Origin: Opitutia bacterium | GTDB taxonomy: Bacteria > Verrucomicrobiota > Verrucomicrobiia > Opitutales > Opitutaceae | Assembly: GCA_947478395.1 (NCBI GenBank) | Contig: CANJVR010000004.1 | Location: forward strand, 128,001 to 192,000 | Length of the DNA stretch: 64,000 nt | Direction: 5' to 3' | Shown: in pieces, positions 11,554 to 22,300 of the stretch | How the letters are laid out: each line of letters starts with the position of its first letter | How positions within the stretch are numbered: the stretch's first letter is position 1 | Program-made: the position numbers and the translations under genes | Notes under the pieces: generated by a model | Seen by the model: the letters and a program-made list of their open reading frames with translations, nothing else | The model's database searches: none | What the model was told of the DNA's origin: nothing

Positions 11554-11967
11554 TCAATTGCGTCCGACGGACATGACGCGGTTATAAATTCTTCCGTTGG
11601 CCAACACTGAGTCGTTGGAGATGACCATCGGGAGGAATGGTAAGGCCTCAAAAATAGCATCTGCCTCGATGCTGTCGCGGAGCGTCGGAACGCAGGCGAG
11701 AACGACGCGGTCGCAGATGCTCAAGAAGGCCATGAGCGGTATCTCGTGATTTACTCCAGGGATCTGTGGGAGCGGTTCCACATGGAGTGAAAGGCGTCGT
11801 CGTTTCTCGATCGTCCTCAGCATGGCGGCGAAGAGCGGGCAATTGAGGAAGCACGAAGCCGGAGTTTCGTGGCGAAGAAAGAGGTAGGCGCGATCGTCAG
11901 CGGTGACGCAGAGGTCGATGTGGTTGGCCTCGTCGGAGGCGATAATTGTGTCGGTAGAGTTGAGCAT
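11554..11967 (-). CDS. hypothetical protein
   Basis: 137-aa ORF with an AT-rich leader. Confidence 0.6.
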   Translation of the reverse strand: MLNSTDTIIASDEANHIDLCVTADDRAYLFLRHETPASCFLNCPLFAAMLRTIEKRRRLSLHVEPLPQIPGVNHEIPLMAFLSICDRVVLACVPTLRDSIEADAIFEALPFLPMVISNDSVLANGRIYNRVMSVGRN

Positions 11968-11981
11968 AAAATTTGAAATAA

Positions 11982-12015
11982 AAAGGCCGGCACCGCGTGT
12001 GCGGTGCCGGCCTTT
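11982..12015 (-). terminator. rho-independent terminator
   Basis: AAAGGCCGGCACCGC-GTGT-GCGGTGCCGGCCTTT perfect hairpin followed by a T-tract on the minus strand, downstream of the 12034 ORF. Confidence 0.85.
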
Positions 12016-12033
12016 AGTTGGGGGCGGTTGAGG

Positions 12034-12597
12034 TTAGGATTGGTCCTCGTCAATTCGCGCTTCGACCCAACCCTGAAGGTCATCGAGGATCGGGGGGAGG
12101 TATCGCTCGATCAGCATGCGCTCGATGAGCCGAGACACCGAAATCGTGTGCAGTCGCGGCAACTCAGCGTTGGGCGTGAAGTCGAGGAACTTCCGGAGCG
12201 CTGCGAGCTGTTTCGGGGTCGCCTCCGCGTTGGGGTCTGCGGCGGACATGGCGCGTTTCGGCAACGCGGCGAGGATGAATTCGCCGCGGCGCGTGAGCGT
12301 GCGGCGTGTCCAGATGTCGCCGCTGCCATCGTAGACGGCGTAGTTGAGATCGTCGGGAGCTTTCAGGAACAGACGGCGCTGTTTTCCGAAAGCGGAGGCC
12401 ACGAACGGCGGCAGGTTTTCCGAGATGGGACTGGACCAGTGCGTCGGGAGGCCCGCCACTACGATGATTTGGCGACCCGCGGTGGCTTGGTCCGCGAGAT
12501 CGAGCGAGCTGAGTCTTTGCAGTTCAGCGAGCATTTCGGTTTTGGCAACGCGGTTGGGGTTGAGGACTAACGGTTCAGACGATGTTAGAATCGGCAT
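12034..12597 (-). CDS. hypothetical protein
   Basis: 187-aa ORF with an A/C-rich leader (AAACAAAAACAAAAACACC-ATG) and a downstream terminator. Confidence 0.7.
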   Translation of the reverse strand: MPILTSSEPLVLNPNRVAKTEMLAELQRLSSLDLADQATAGRQIIVVAGLPTHWSSPISENLPPFVASAFGKQRRLFLKAPDDLNYAVYDGSGDIWTRRTLTRRGEFILAALPKRAMSAADPNAEATPKQLAALRKFLDFTPNAELPRLHTISVSRLIERMLIERYLPPILDDLQGWVEARIDEDQS

Positions 12598-12944
12598 GGT
12601 GTTTTTGTTTTTGTTTTTTGGTTTGGGAATGCGTGTGCCGCCGTAGTGGCGGAATCACGCGCGATGGGTGCACGGGCTCGTTGGCCCGGTCATTAATGCC
12701 ATCTCCGGTATTCGGATCAGAAACAGCCGGAACGGCTGCTCATCTCTGAGGATCGGTGATTGGAATCATCTCCCGGCTTTTCTGGCGGCGGGGCGTTGAG
12801 GCGAAGCCCAATGTCCCGCCGCATAACAGCGAAAACGCCCAGAAAGCATCCAACTCGAACGTGTCACACCTCTGGAACACGAGCCCGCTCTTACGAGCGG
12901 GCTTTGTATAACGCGCTTGAAGTCTGATCCGCCGTGCGCGTCCG

Positions 12945-13451
12945 CTATTCTCCCGCAACCGGTGCTGGCCGAGATTTTTTCTTCGTGTTCGAATCACGGC
13001 GCGCCGCGTTAATCACGCAGCGAACCGCAGCGATGGACGTATCTCCAGTAGGCGCCAGATCGATCGCACGAGCGATTCGTCTCACCAACAAAAGCTTGGT
13101 GCATCGTTCAAGTTTAGCGCAATGGGCGATGGTGCGGCAGGCATGCATATAAGACCACGGATAACTACGGCTAGGGAGGCGATAGCGACCGGTATCGAGC
13201 CCTTCACTTTCGTTTGGATACCATCGGCCGCCGGAGTCCTGCCATCCGTCGGGATGTTCGAGTCGGTCACGTCGAGAAATGTAACGCACCGCCGCCCGGG
13301 CAGGGGCCGACGTGGCGAACATTACGAGGAGCTTTTCGTAGATTTCACGGCGGCTTTGTGGCGAGGTCGACTCGCACGGGGAATCAGCGTTAATTTGGGT
13401 TGCTGGTGGGTTGGCCGGAATTTGATCTCCGGATACTTGGGTGTCGTTCAT
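12945..13451 (-). CDS. hypothetical protein (mobile-element type)
   Basis: Conserved-looking block HPDGWQDSGGRWYP...RLPSRSYPWSYMHACRTIAHCA. Start placed at MNDTQ, downstream of the 13575 terminator. Confidence 0.65.
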   Translation of the reverse strand: MNDTQVSGDQIPANPPATQINADSPCESTSPQSRREIYEKLLVMFATSAPARAAVRYISRRDRLEHPDGWQDSGGRWYPNESEGLDTGRYRLPSRSYPWSYMHACRTIAHCAKLERCTKLLLVRRIARAIDLAPTGDTSIAAVRCVINAARRDSNTKKKSRPAPVAGE

Positions 13452-13574
13452 GATGTTTGTTATTTGCCAGCGTTCCGCGATGGCACGGTCCTCTACTTGC
13501 GATTTTGTGTTAATGCCTGCCGGCATCGGCCTGAGGCCGGTCGATGCGGCAGAAAAGTGACTGGGCAGAAAAAT

Positions 13575-13599
13575 GCCCGGCTCTGTGACAGAGCCGGGC
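13575..13599 (-). terminator. rho-independent terminator after the radical SAM gene
   Basis: GCCCGGCTCTG-TGA-CAGAGCCGGGC followed by ATTTTT on the minus strand. Confidence 0.75.
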
Positions 13600-13633
13600 G
13601 TGTTGATTTGTGGTTGCCTTGATCCGTCCGCGA

Positions 13634-14740
13634 TCAAGCCGATGGCGTGGGGTTAGCGGGCCACGCGCTAACAAGGCCCCACCAACGTGCGAGCCATGCG
13701 GCATGCGTGCCACGCTCGGCTTCGGGCATGCGTTTCAACGCCGCTTGTGTCCCGAGAGATTTGTCGGGCCAGAGGTGAAGTCTATTGGCGACGCCGATTT
13801 CGGCGGCGATGCGCTCGATCATCCGAAGCGAATCGAGCGCGTATTTCTGCCATTCTTCTGGGGTTTTGAAGACATCCGTGCGAAGAGCGCACCCCAATTC
13901 GCGAGCACGCGCTTCGATCCGACTTACGTTCTCCGCCCGAATGTTAATCGGTTCGTGGAAGATCGTCATTGGACTCAAGGGAGCAAGCGCACCCATTGTA
14001 GCGCGGAGATCATTCTCGTCGCATTCCGGGTATGTCGGAGCCATCGCCACAAATACAGGGATGCCCAAGGCTGCGGCATCTTTTAACGTCGCCAGTCGAA
14101 GGCTCGGGGCGGGCGCTTTCGGTTCGTAGATTTTCGACAAATCTGCCCGAAGCGTGGGGATGGACATGCCCAACAGGACGCGACTGCCGAACGATTGAAG
14201 GAGATCGAAGTCTTGTCGAACGAGCGGACTGCGCGTGAGGATGCGAACATTCAGCGTCGAGCGATCCCGGATCAGTTCCAGGGAACGCCTAACGACAAAC
14301 CGCAAATGGTTTTGGAGATCTCGCCGTCTTTTAGGATCCGGGTGGCGAATGACTTGGTAAGCATCGGTCGTGCTGCAAAGCAGAATAGCCCGGTTGCCGT
14401 CAGGCTTTAGCTCTTGTGCGGGGGTGGCCTGGGCGCGATTGAGAGACTTGAGGAATGCCTTCTCATCCCAAGTGCGGAGGAACACATAGTCGCCCCAGTT
14501 GAGATCGGGATCAGCGACTCCGAGCGATCGGAGCTTGGGCGCCTGTTTGTTGGCGCTGACACTCGGGACGTAGCAGAAATCACAGCCGTGTCCGCAGCCG
14601 ACAGCGAAGTTGAGAGCCCAATCTGAGAGGCTTTTGTAAACGAAGCCGTTCGACGTGATAACGCTTGGCGCCGGTTTTATGCCGGTTTGCCAGAGACCTG
14701 TGACAGTTGGAGTTGAGGGGTTGGAGGAATTGGTTTCCAT
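13634..14740 (-). CDS. radical SAM protein, spore-photoproduct-lyase-like (SplB/Rv2578c-like)
   Basis: LNFAVGCGHGCDFCYV (CxxxCxxC), STTDAYQ, ILTRSPLV, EPKAPAPSLRL. Confidence 0.85.
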   Translation of the reverse strand: METNSSNPSTPTVTGLWQTGIKPAPSVITSNGFVYKSLSDWALNFAVGCGHGCDFCYVPSVSANKQAPKLRSLGVADPDLNWGDYVFLRTWDEKAFLKSLNRAQATPAQELKPDGNRAILLCSTTDAYQVIRHPDPKRRRDLQNHLRFVVRRSLELIRDRSTLNVRILTRSPLVRQDFDLLQSFGSRVLLGMSIPTLRADLSKIYEPKAPAPSLRLATLKDAAALGIPVFVAMAPTYPECDENDLRATMGALAPLSPMTIFHEPINIRAENVSRIEARARELGCALRTDVFKTPEEWQKYALDSLRMIERIAAEIGVANRLHLWPDKSLGTQAALKRMPEAERGTHAAWLARWWGLVSAWPANPTPSA

Positions 14741-15506
14741 GGTTTATCTTTCTATTTATCGATCCGCCGCGAGGGCGGGTTGGTTTTGAGTTGTTAGAGG
14801 TGGCAGAGAGCGCGGGTGTGTCGTGAGCGAACCATTCACTCGCGTTCACCTGCCGATGCGCGGCCTAAGGGCCGCCCGAGGAGACGCCCTGCGCGATTTC
14901 GCGCGGACGATCTAACCTTGGCAGTTATTGAATTCGGTCGCTGCCTCCCTGCGGAGGCGTCGGACCTTTTACGGCGATGGAGTTAGACTCCACGACCGGC
15001 CTTCGTTCACCACGAGAGGCGCCTTGCGGCATTCAATCAGCTTTACAGCGGACACCTGGCCCTTCTTCGATACTGGCTGCGTCTGGCGCAGTTACCCTCG
15101 AAGGCTACCAAGCTCTTGATCCGTGTGGAGTGAACCACGTCGGGACGACCAAGTCTCGTCTCAGACACCATAACCCGTCCGTAAACCCGCTCGGATCCCG
15201 CGATCCCAGAAGGGACTGCTAGAGACAAAAAATGTCTCTAGTCAGCCGACTTTCGGCCTGAGCTATGAGACATTGTTAACCGCCCCGGAAGGGCAGCCGT
15301 CATTGAAGACGTGTGCAGGAAGGCAAATTCTGCGACGTTTGTCAAGTGAGGCACTCTTTGGTGACAATATGTATTTATTAATGGATACAGTTTTTGACCG
15401 CTTGTTAATTCCAGTTTTCGTTCGACCGCGTCCGAGCGCGACAACCAACCCCGTTACCTCTAAAACGAATCAATTGGCCTCGGAGCGACCGCTTGTTTCG
15501 GCACCA

Positions 15507-15863
15507 TCACTCTAATTTCGTCACGACGACCGACGCTTCAAATTGGCCTGTCGGCTGCCGCCGGTATTTTTTACCCAAGCGGATGCGATGAGCCGCAATT
15601 TGATCCAGTTCGTCCGCCAAGTAAGCCTCGATCAACCGGCAGGCTTCAGCGGCAGGCAGGAATACGGTTGCTCTCCCGATGACGGCCGGACCGACCGGGG
15701 TCTTGCCTGAGAGGACTCGGGATAAATACGCCGGATCGAGCTTCAGCGCGGTCGCCAAGGTCAACTGATCCGAAACGTCGTCTCCCAGCCTACCGGGTTG
15801 GTCACGCAAATGTTGCAGGAAATTCATCACGCGAGTCGGGGGCGCTTTCTCGGTTTTCGGCAT
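15507..15863 (-). CDS. putative XRE-like helix-turn-helix regulator
   Basis: QLTLATALKLDPAYLSRVLSGK HTH-like pattern; divergent from the nuclease/AAA genes. Confidence 0.65.
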   Translation of the reverse strand: MPKTEKAPPTRVMNFLQHLRDQPGRLGDDVSDQLTLATALKLDPAYLSRVLSGKTPVGPAVIGRATVFLPAAEACRLIEAYLADELDQIAAHRIRLGKKYRRQPTGQFEASVVVTKLE

Positions 15864-15968
15864 CAGCCCAACGGACCATAAATTGACATTAGTGACAAGT
15901 CTTCTTGACGCCGATGAATTTTGCCGTTTTCTAGTAATTGTTACTACTGTCATTTACATCGACCGACC

Positions 15969-16577
15969 ATGAATCAGAACGCCAGCCCTCGCTGCGACAC
16001 GAATTCCGTTGTTGCCGCCATTCAGTCTCTGCCATTCGACATCCTTCAGACCGCCTTCCAGGGTGTCGCTTCTACCGAACATATCATTCTCCCAGTGCCC
16101 GGTGCGAAGCCGTTAGAGCACGTTTGGGATATTTTTCGATTCGGAGACCGCCTCCATAAAGCCTTCACGCGGTATTACCACACTGGGGAATGCCAGCCGA
16201 TTTTTAAGCCCTATGCCAAGGCGCTCACCGACTGGCTGGACAATGCGGCCGTCGGTCGACTCAAAACCGACTGGAAATACTGGGCCCGTCGCGGCGTGCC
16301 TGCCGGCATACTGGATGCGCTAATGATCGGCAACGGCGCTCGCCGCGGAGTGCTTGAACTAAAAACAACCGAAGGCAGTGGCGCCACACCTCGCCCCGCC
16401 CATCTCTGCCAGGTCGGCGGATATCTCCACCTCCAGTCGGCTTGGGATCGCACCGAGATGCATGATCAGTGGGCAATTTTGGCATACGCGTGTCCCCTCG
16501 AACAACGGTGGCACCTGCACGAGTTTCAGGACATCAGTCGCGTGATCGAACCGGCCGTAACCTTGCTCGCAGGCTGA
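15969..16577 (+). CDS. PD-(D/E)XK nuclease superfamily protein
   Basis: GILDAL...VLELKT...HLCQVGGY matches the RecB-family D...ExK...QxxxY pattern. Confidence 0.75.
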   Translation: MNQNASPRCDTNSVVAAIQSLPFDILQTAFQGVASTEHIILPVPGAKPLEHVWDIFRFGDRLHKAFTRYYHTGECQPIFKPYAKALTDWLDNAAVGRLKTDWKYWARRGVPAGILDALMIGNGARRGVLELKTTEGSGATPRPAHLCQVGGYLHLQSAWDRTEMHDQWAILAYACPLEQRWHLHEFQDISRVIEPAVTLLAG

Positions 16578-16583
16578 ACACCC

Positions 16584-17858
16584 ATGGCCTGGCAAACTCA
16601 CAACGTATGGGTGCGATGGTTGGTCGTCTGCGCCTGTGCGCGGAAGCCGGTCAATGGACGAATTTCGTTGAGCGAGGTCGGAAGCGACTTGGATTTTCTA
16701 GCGCTCTCCCGAGCGATCGTCCCCGCAATCGTCCCGAAGGACGCCGACGCTGATTGGATCGATGCACTGTGGCAACAGGCCCCCGACGACGCCACGCGAG
16801 CGGAGCTGGTAAGATTTCTGGAGTGGCTGGTGCATTCCGATGCTGAAAGCGCCCGTCGATTTGTTGAGCTGACTCCAGCGGTGCTCACGAACGCCGAAGC
16901 GTGGCGCGCCACCGGCGTCTTCGCGGCATGCAGCGATGCCCCAGCCCAAGCTGAACTGATCCGAGTCGCGCAACAGCATATTCATGACCACCTGCGTCCG
17001 GTGCCCTTGGCCCACGACGACACTCTCACCGTCAGCCAGACCACGGCTCATCGGCGCATTTCGGCCATGGCCCGTGCATATTTTCACCGCGCCACGGCTT
17101 CCTGTTCCGTCACGCCAAGGCTCGCGCCGTTGCTGATGGGGCCGACTGGGTCCGGCAAGAGCAGTCTGCTACGGCGCACAGCGAAGGACCATCAGGCGGC
17201 GTTCCTGAGGATGAGTGTTGGTGAGTGGATTCCGCTGGGAGCCAAAGATGTGCGGCCCACCGTTAAGACTATCGTCGATATGCTCGCCAAGTCGCCCAAC
17301 GGCCGTCTGGTGCTTTTCATCGACGAGTTGGACAAAGCTGGCGTCGATGCATCGGGTTGGACGAGATCCGCGCTGAATGAGATTTTCGCCGTGTTGGACC
17401 GCTCATTTCCAGCGGCGGCACTGGAGGCGGCGAATTCGAGTCTCGGGATTTCAGGGGAGGAACTCGAAGAGCGCATCCAACAAAAACTATTTTTCGCCGG
17501 AGCGGGCACGTGGCAGCGACTCTGGTCGAACGGCGGGTCGCTGGGCTTCGGCGCCGGCAACAACAGGAACGCGCAGGTGATCGACTACGTCGCAACGGAG
17601 AAAGTTGTGCCGGTGGAATTGCTCCTGCGCTTCTCGTGGCCGCCCGTTCTGCTCGAGTATCCGAGCCCCGAGGAAACGATCACGTTGTTCGATAAGACCG
17701 GACTCACCCGACTGGCCGAATACGTCGGGGTGACACTCGATCCCGTCAAACATGACTGGTCACGAGGAGGAATGAGGAGCTTGGAGTCGCTCGCTGGCGA
17801 ACTGCTGATTCGGCAGCACGAGCAGCCGACCGCATCTTGGAATGCCGACGCACCCTGA
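16584..17858 (+). CDS. AAA+ ATPase
   Basis: Walker A GPTGSGKS and Walker B LFIDELDK; 6 nt downstream of the nuclease gene. Confidence 0.85.
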   Translation: MAWQTHNVWVRWLVVCACARKPVNGRISLSEVGSDLDFLALSRAIVPAIVPKDADADWIDALWQQAPDDATRAELVRFLEWLVHSDAESARRFVELTPAVLTNAEAWRATGVFAACSDAPAQAELIRVAQQHIHDHLRPVPLAHDDTLTVSQTTAHRRISAMARAYFHRATASCSVTPRLAPLLMGPTGSGKSSLLRRTAKDHQAAFLRMSVGEWIPLGAKDVRPTVKTIVDMLAKSPNGRLVLFIDELDKAGVDASGWTRSALNEIFAVLDRSFPAAALEAANSSLGISGEELEERIQQKLFFAGAGTWQRLWSNGGSLGFGAGNNRNAQVIDYVATEKVVPVELLLRFSWPPVLLEYPSPEETITLFDKTGLTRLAEYVGVTLDPVKHDWSRGGMRSLESLAGELLIRQHEQPTASWNADAP

Positions 17859-18026
17859 ACTTTCCACCCGCGACGCCTCGGCGGGATAACGAGTCCGACG
17901 TGATCAGCTTTTCATTGTATTCGACGCTAGGAGCGGACGTTGCATATCCTGCCACCTTTCAGCGATTTCTCGCCTCCTGCATCACTTCGCAGCAGCCTTG
18001 AGATGCGCGGGCCAGCGTCTATTGCC

Positions 18027-19259
18027 ATGAAAAAATCAGTATTCAGGGATCTCCTAAAGGAGCACATCGCTCCGATGTTTTCAGGCTGCAAAGTGCTGAA
18101 GGCCACCGACGCCATCAACCGGTCTGCCAAGCGGGCTTCTTTGACCAATGCGCAGCACATCAAGGTGCGTTGGGACAAAGAAACAAAATTCCAATTCAAT
18201 CTGCGGCGCTCACAAGAGTTCTCCCAACAGGATGCCTCGTTTGTTAACAACGTAATCGGAAATCTTAATTCCGTCGCGGCCGTTGAGGGCACGCCGTATT
18301 TCGACGAACTAATTGGCGCCGCAATCCGTCGAGCGGTGGCATCACTTGCGGCTCCTAAATCAACCAACTTAGCAAACAACGTGCTGAGGGATCTAGAACA
18401 GTGGTCTGAGGAAACCTACGAAGGAAGGCCGATCAGCGCGCTCGCAGGAATAACAACGGAAGTGGTCGGGAAAAAGGGTGTTTCGCTCAGGTCAATACTT
18501 CGGCAATCATTCGGTAAAGTTGCAGCTTGCAGCATGGAGGTTGCTGCGACCATGAGTGCGGACGGCCGCTTCACCGGCTACGAACACTTGGAGCAACCCA
18601 AGGAGGTTGCCGACGTTATGGCTCCCCACCGATTTGCAGCGATCGCCCGATGGGCGAACAAAGGCAAGGTAGCCTTGGCTTTATCGCGTAACGGTGAGAT
18701 TCTGGTATTTTTCCAAGAGGGGCTGGGGTTTGCGCGGCGTCGCGGGAGGTGGCGGCATTTTAATCATGACGCACTTATAAAAAGGCTGCGGCAAAACAAG
18801 GCGTTCCCAACGCCACTGTGTGCCGCGGTCTACCAGAGTTGCCTCGATGTTTCTTTTGCAAAGGTCGGCGGTGGCATCGCACTTATCCACGCCGACAAAA
18901 CGCAGGAGTTTGATGGGGCTGATCGTGTTAGCGGAAATGACCGAGTGTCGGGCAATTCAAAGAAGGCTCAGTTCCTGAGAGATGCGATCAGTGATCGCAA
19001 ATTTCAGGATTTACCGAGACCCCTCCGGCAAACCTTGCTCGCCATGGATGGCACCACCGTGTTGCAGCGCGATGGTTCTGTCGTAGCCGTCGGAGCGATC
19101 GTTCGAGTCGAGGCGGGTAGCAAAACGGGTGGTGGCCGAAAGGCTGCTGCGATGGTGATGGGCCAGTATGGACTGGGAATCAAGGTGTCTAGCGACGGGG
19201 AAATCGCGGGTTTTAATCAGTCAGGAGACGACCAGGAGGCACTTTTCACCTTCGGCTAA
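18027..19259 (+). CDS. protein with C-terminal divergent diadenylate-cyclase-like (DisA_N/DAC) domain
   Basis: LLAMDGTTVL...VVAVGAIV...GGGRKAAA...IKVSSDGEI follows the DAC motif order (DGA / RHR / VSxDG) with substitutions. Confidence 0.65.
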   Translation: MKKSVFRDLLKEHIAPMFSGCKVLKATDAINRSAKRASLTNAQHIKVRWDKETKFQFNLRRSQEFSQQDASFVNNVIGNLNSVAAVEGTPYFDELIGAAIRRAVASLAAPKSTNLANNVLRDLEQWSEETYEGRPISALAGITTEVVGKKGVSLRSILRQSFGKVAACSMEVAATMSADGRFTGYEHLEQPKEVADVMAPHRFAAIARWANKGKVALALSRNGEILVFFQEGLGFARRRGRWRHFNHDALIKRLRQNKAFPTPLCAAVYQSCLDVSFAKVGGGIALIHADKTQEFDGADRVSGNDRVSGNSKKAQFLRDAISDRKFQDLPRPLRQTLLAMDGTTVLQRDGSVVAVGAIVRVEAGSKTGGGRKAAAMVMGQYGLGIKVSSDGEIAGFNQSGDDQEALFTFG

Positions 19260-19325
19260 ATGCCATGTTATTCTACCAACCCTGAATAACTACTAACAGT
19301 AAAACGGTAAGAATTTCGACCAGCC

Positions 19326-22300
19326 ATGAAGCAAATCCATCAAGTAGAGGCCGAGCACATTGATCGTCTACAACCCGCCCAACTCGTCGATCTGCTGCGC
19401 AAATTGCTCTACGCAGAGGCAAATGGTCAAAAAGTTGTGGTGCACGTTCCTGAGCAAATCACTGTGGCCGATGGGGGCGAGGACGGGCGATGGGAGGGGG
19501 CGGCCACTACGAGTGAATACATCCCCAACGCGTTCACGATTTACCAGTCGAAGGCTCAGGATATCGGAATCGCTGAATGCGGATACGCCGCGCTCACAAA
19601 AAAGAAGGATGCGGTGGTCCGAGCCATCGATGAAGTCCTGAATCGAGGCGGGTGCTATGTTTTCTTCTGTAGCCACCCATATGTGCAGGAGGGCATCGAC
19701 GACAGAATCGCTGCCGTAAAAAAAGAGCTTACAGCAATCGGTCGCGTCCTAGGCACCGACCAATCCATCCGATTTCTCGATGGCAATAAGATTGCCGCGT
19801 GGACGAATCAACACGCTGCCGCAGTCGCGCATGTCTGTGAGTGTTGCCGACTGCCGCCCGTCGGTGAGCTTCGGACATGGTCCGACTGGAATCGCGACAC
19901 CATTTTTCGCACAGCCTTTCATTCGAACAAAGCGCTCGACAACCACATCCTTTCGATTCGCCAGCATCTATCAACGGCAGGTAGTGTAGCTCGGATTACC
20001 GGTCACTCGGGACTGGGGAAAACGAGACTCGCATTTGAAGCTCTGCGACCGTCGCCGGATCAATCAGACATCCAGCAGAAAAGCCTTAGTCACTCCGTGG
20101 CATACCTCGACATGGAGCATTCGGCCGATCGGGTTCTGTCGCTGGTGAGTTCAATTGAAGCGTCCCAAATGGCTGGACTAATTGTCGTCGATAACTGCGA
20201 AAGAAGTTTTCATCAGAAACTGGTTGATATCGTCCAGCGACAGGACTCCAGGCTGCGACTACTGACATTGGACTACGTCCCTGAAAGTCCTATACCTGGC
20301 ACACTACAGGTTCCGCTAGAGCCCGGTATGATGGAAGACGTAGTCCCCAAGATTCTACAAGATCTGCCGCAGGCGAGGCGGCTAACCGAACAGCAGCTCA
20401 AGCACATCGCATCCTACGCGCACGGCTTTCCACAGATTGCATCGCTCATGGCCGAAGTCGGCGACACCTTGGATTGGACTAAGCTCGATCAACGCGGGCT
20501 CGCAAAAAAACTGCTCTGGGGCCGGGGCACAGGGACTGAGAGTGAGCAGAAAGTGATACGTGCACTTTCAATCTTTGGTCACGTCGGTTTTGAGGGAGAA
20601 AGAAAGACCCAAAAGACATTTGTGCGAGAGCAGCTCTGTGGTCCGCCGCCCCTCAGCGAGCGAGACTTCGAACAAATGCTGTTACCATTCCTTGGACGCC
20701 GCATCTTGCAGAAGGCAGGAGGGTATCGCTTGGTAGCGCCGCTTCCGCTTGCCGTAGCTCTCGCTGCGGAATGGTGGGAAGTCGCTACGGCAGAGGAGCT
20801 GGAAAAACTGTTGCCTCTCATAGAAGCGGCCGGTCTAACCGAGTCCTTTTGCATCCGGGCTAAGCAGCTTCATTTTTCGGCAAACGCTTCAACTCTGGCA
20901 GCTCAACTATGCGGGGCCTCCGGCCCTCTTTCCGATGCGGGAGTGCTAAATTCTGGGCCGGGTTCTAGGCTCTTCCGCGCGTTTGTCGAATTGAACCCGG
21001 CTGCTGCGAGCGACTGTTTGTGGCGTGTGTTTGGGGCATCAAGCATCGATGACCTCAGCAAAGTTAAGGCAGGGAGGCGAAGTCTCATCTGGGCGCTTGA
21101 GAAGATCTGTTGGAACAGGGAACTCTTCCATCAGGGAGCCCAACTCCTCCTGCGCTTCGCCTCCGCCGAGATCGAAACATTTTCCAACAACGCAACCGGT
21201 CAGTTCAAACATCTCTTTCAACTTTATCTTTCGGGCACACAGATGCCCGCCGTTGAACGCCTGGCAGTGATTGAAGTTGGTCTCGCCAGCAGTGAACCGC
21301 AGATCCGGAGTGTATGTGTAGAGGCCCTTGGGGTCGGACTCGTGACTCACCACTTTTCGCGGACAGGAGGCGTGGAAGTTCGAGGCTCTGGGCTGCCCGA
21401 AGAAGATTGGAGCCCGAAGTTGAATGGCGAGGTCGCCGAATATTGGGCTAGATGCTTTTCACTTCTCACCGGGGTTGTGCTCGAACGTTCTCCCGAGTCT
21501 CCGCTGGCGCAGGCCGAATTGGGACGTCATTTACGCGGCGTCCTCAAGCCTGCCCTGCTTGAACGATTCGAACCTGAATTCCGAAAGATTGCTGAAGCGC
21601 TTAACGGGTATTGGCCAGAAGCCCTTTCATCGCTTCGCAGCATTTTCGAGTTCGATACCGCCGCCTATCCAGCGGAATCGCTCGACCGACTGAAGCAATG
21701 GATTATTTGGATTACTCCGGCCGACCTGCCAAATCGGCTAACCTTGGTGGTTATTGAGGCACCTTACGAGCACGAGGAAGGCCCAGATGGGACGATAGTG
21801 GACCTGTCAGCGAAGAAGGCAGAGCAACTGGCCGACGAGCTTGTCGAACAAGCCGCTGATTTGCGTGAGCATTTGGATCATCTCCAACAGGGAGATCAAC
21901 GGCAGTCCTATGTTTTTGGGCGCCGTCTGGGGCAGCACGAAAAGAATTCCAGCAACCTGATTGAACAGTGCCTAACCTCCCTAGAAAATATTCCGGCCGA
22001 GAAGAGGAACGTCGCTTTTTTGGCGGGCGTCTTGGCTGGTATCCAAGACCGCTCTCGCGTGCGACCGATTCTCGAACGAGTGGCCACATCTCCTCAGTTG
22101 ATCGACATCTTGGTTCCGTTGACACGCCTGACTCAGCCTAATGTGGACGACATCAAACGCATCGTTGATTTGGTCGCAGCAGGGAAAATTCCGGCGACAC
22201 AACTGCGCCAGTTCAGTTTCGGCAGCGTGCTGGACGAACTAGCGCCTCAGCCATTGTTGGACCTTTTTCAGCCCTTGGCAGCCAATCTGCCGGTTGCTCG

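Noticed and set aside
15969..16577. cas4 / CRISPR-Cas locus
   Set aside because: No four-Cys Fe-S pattern, no other cas genes and no repeat-spacer array seen in the window.
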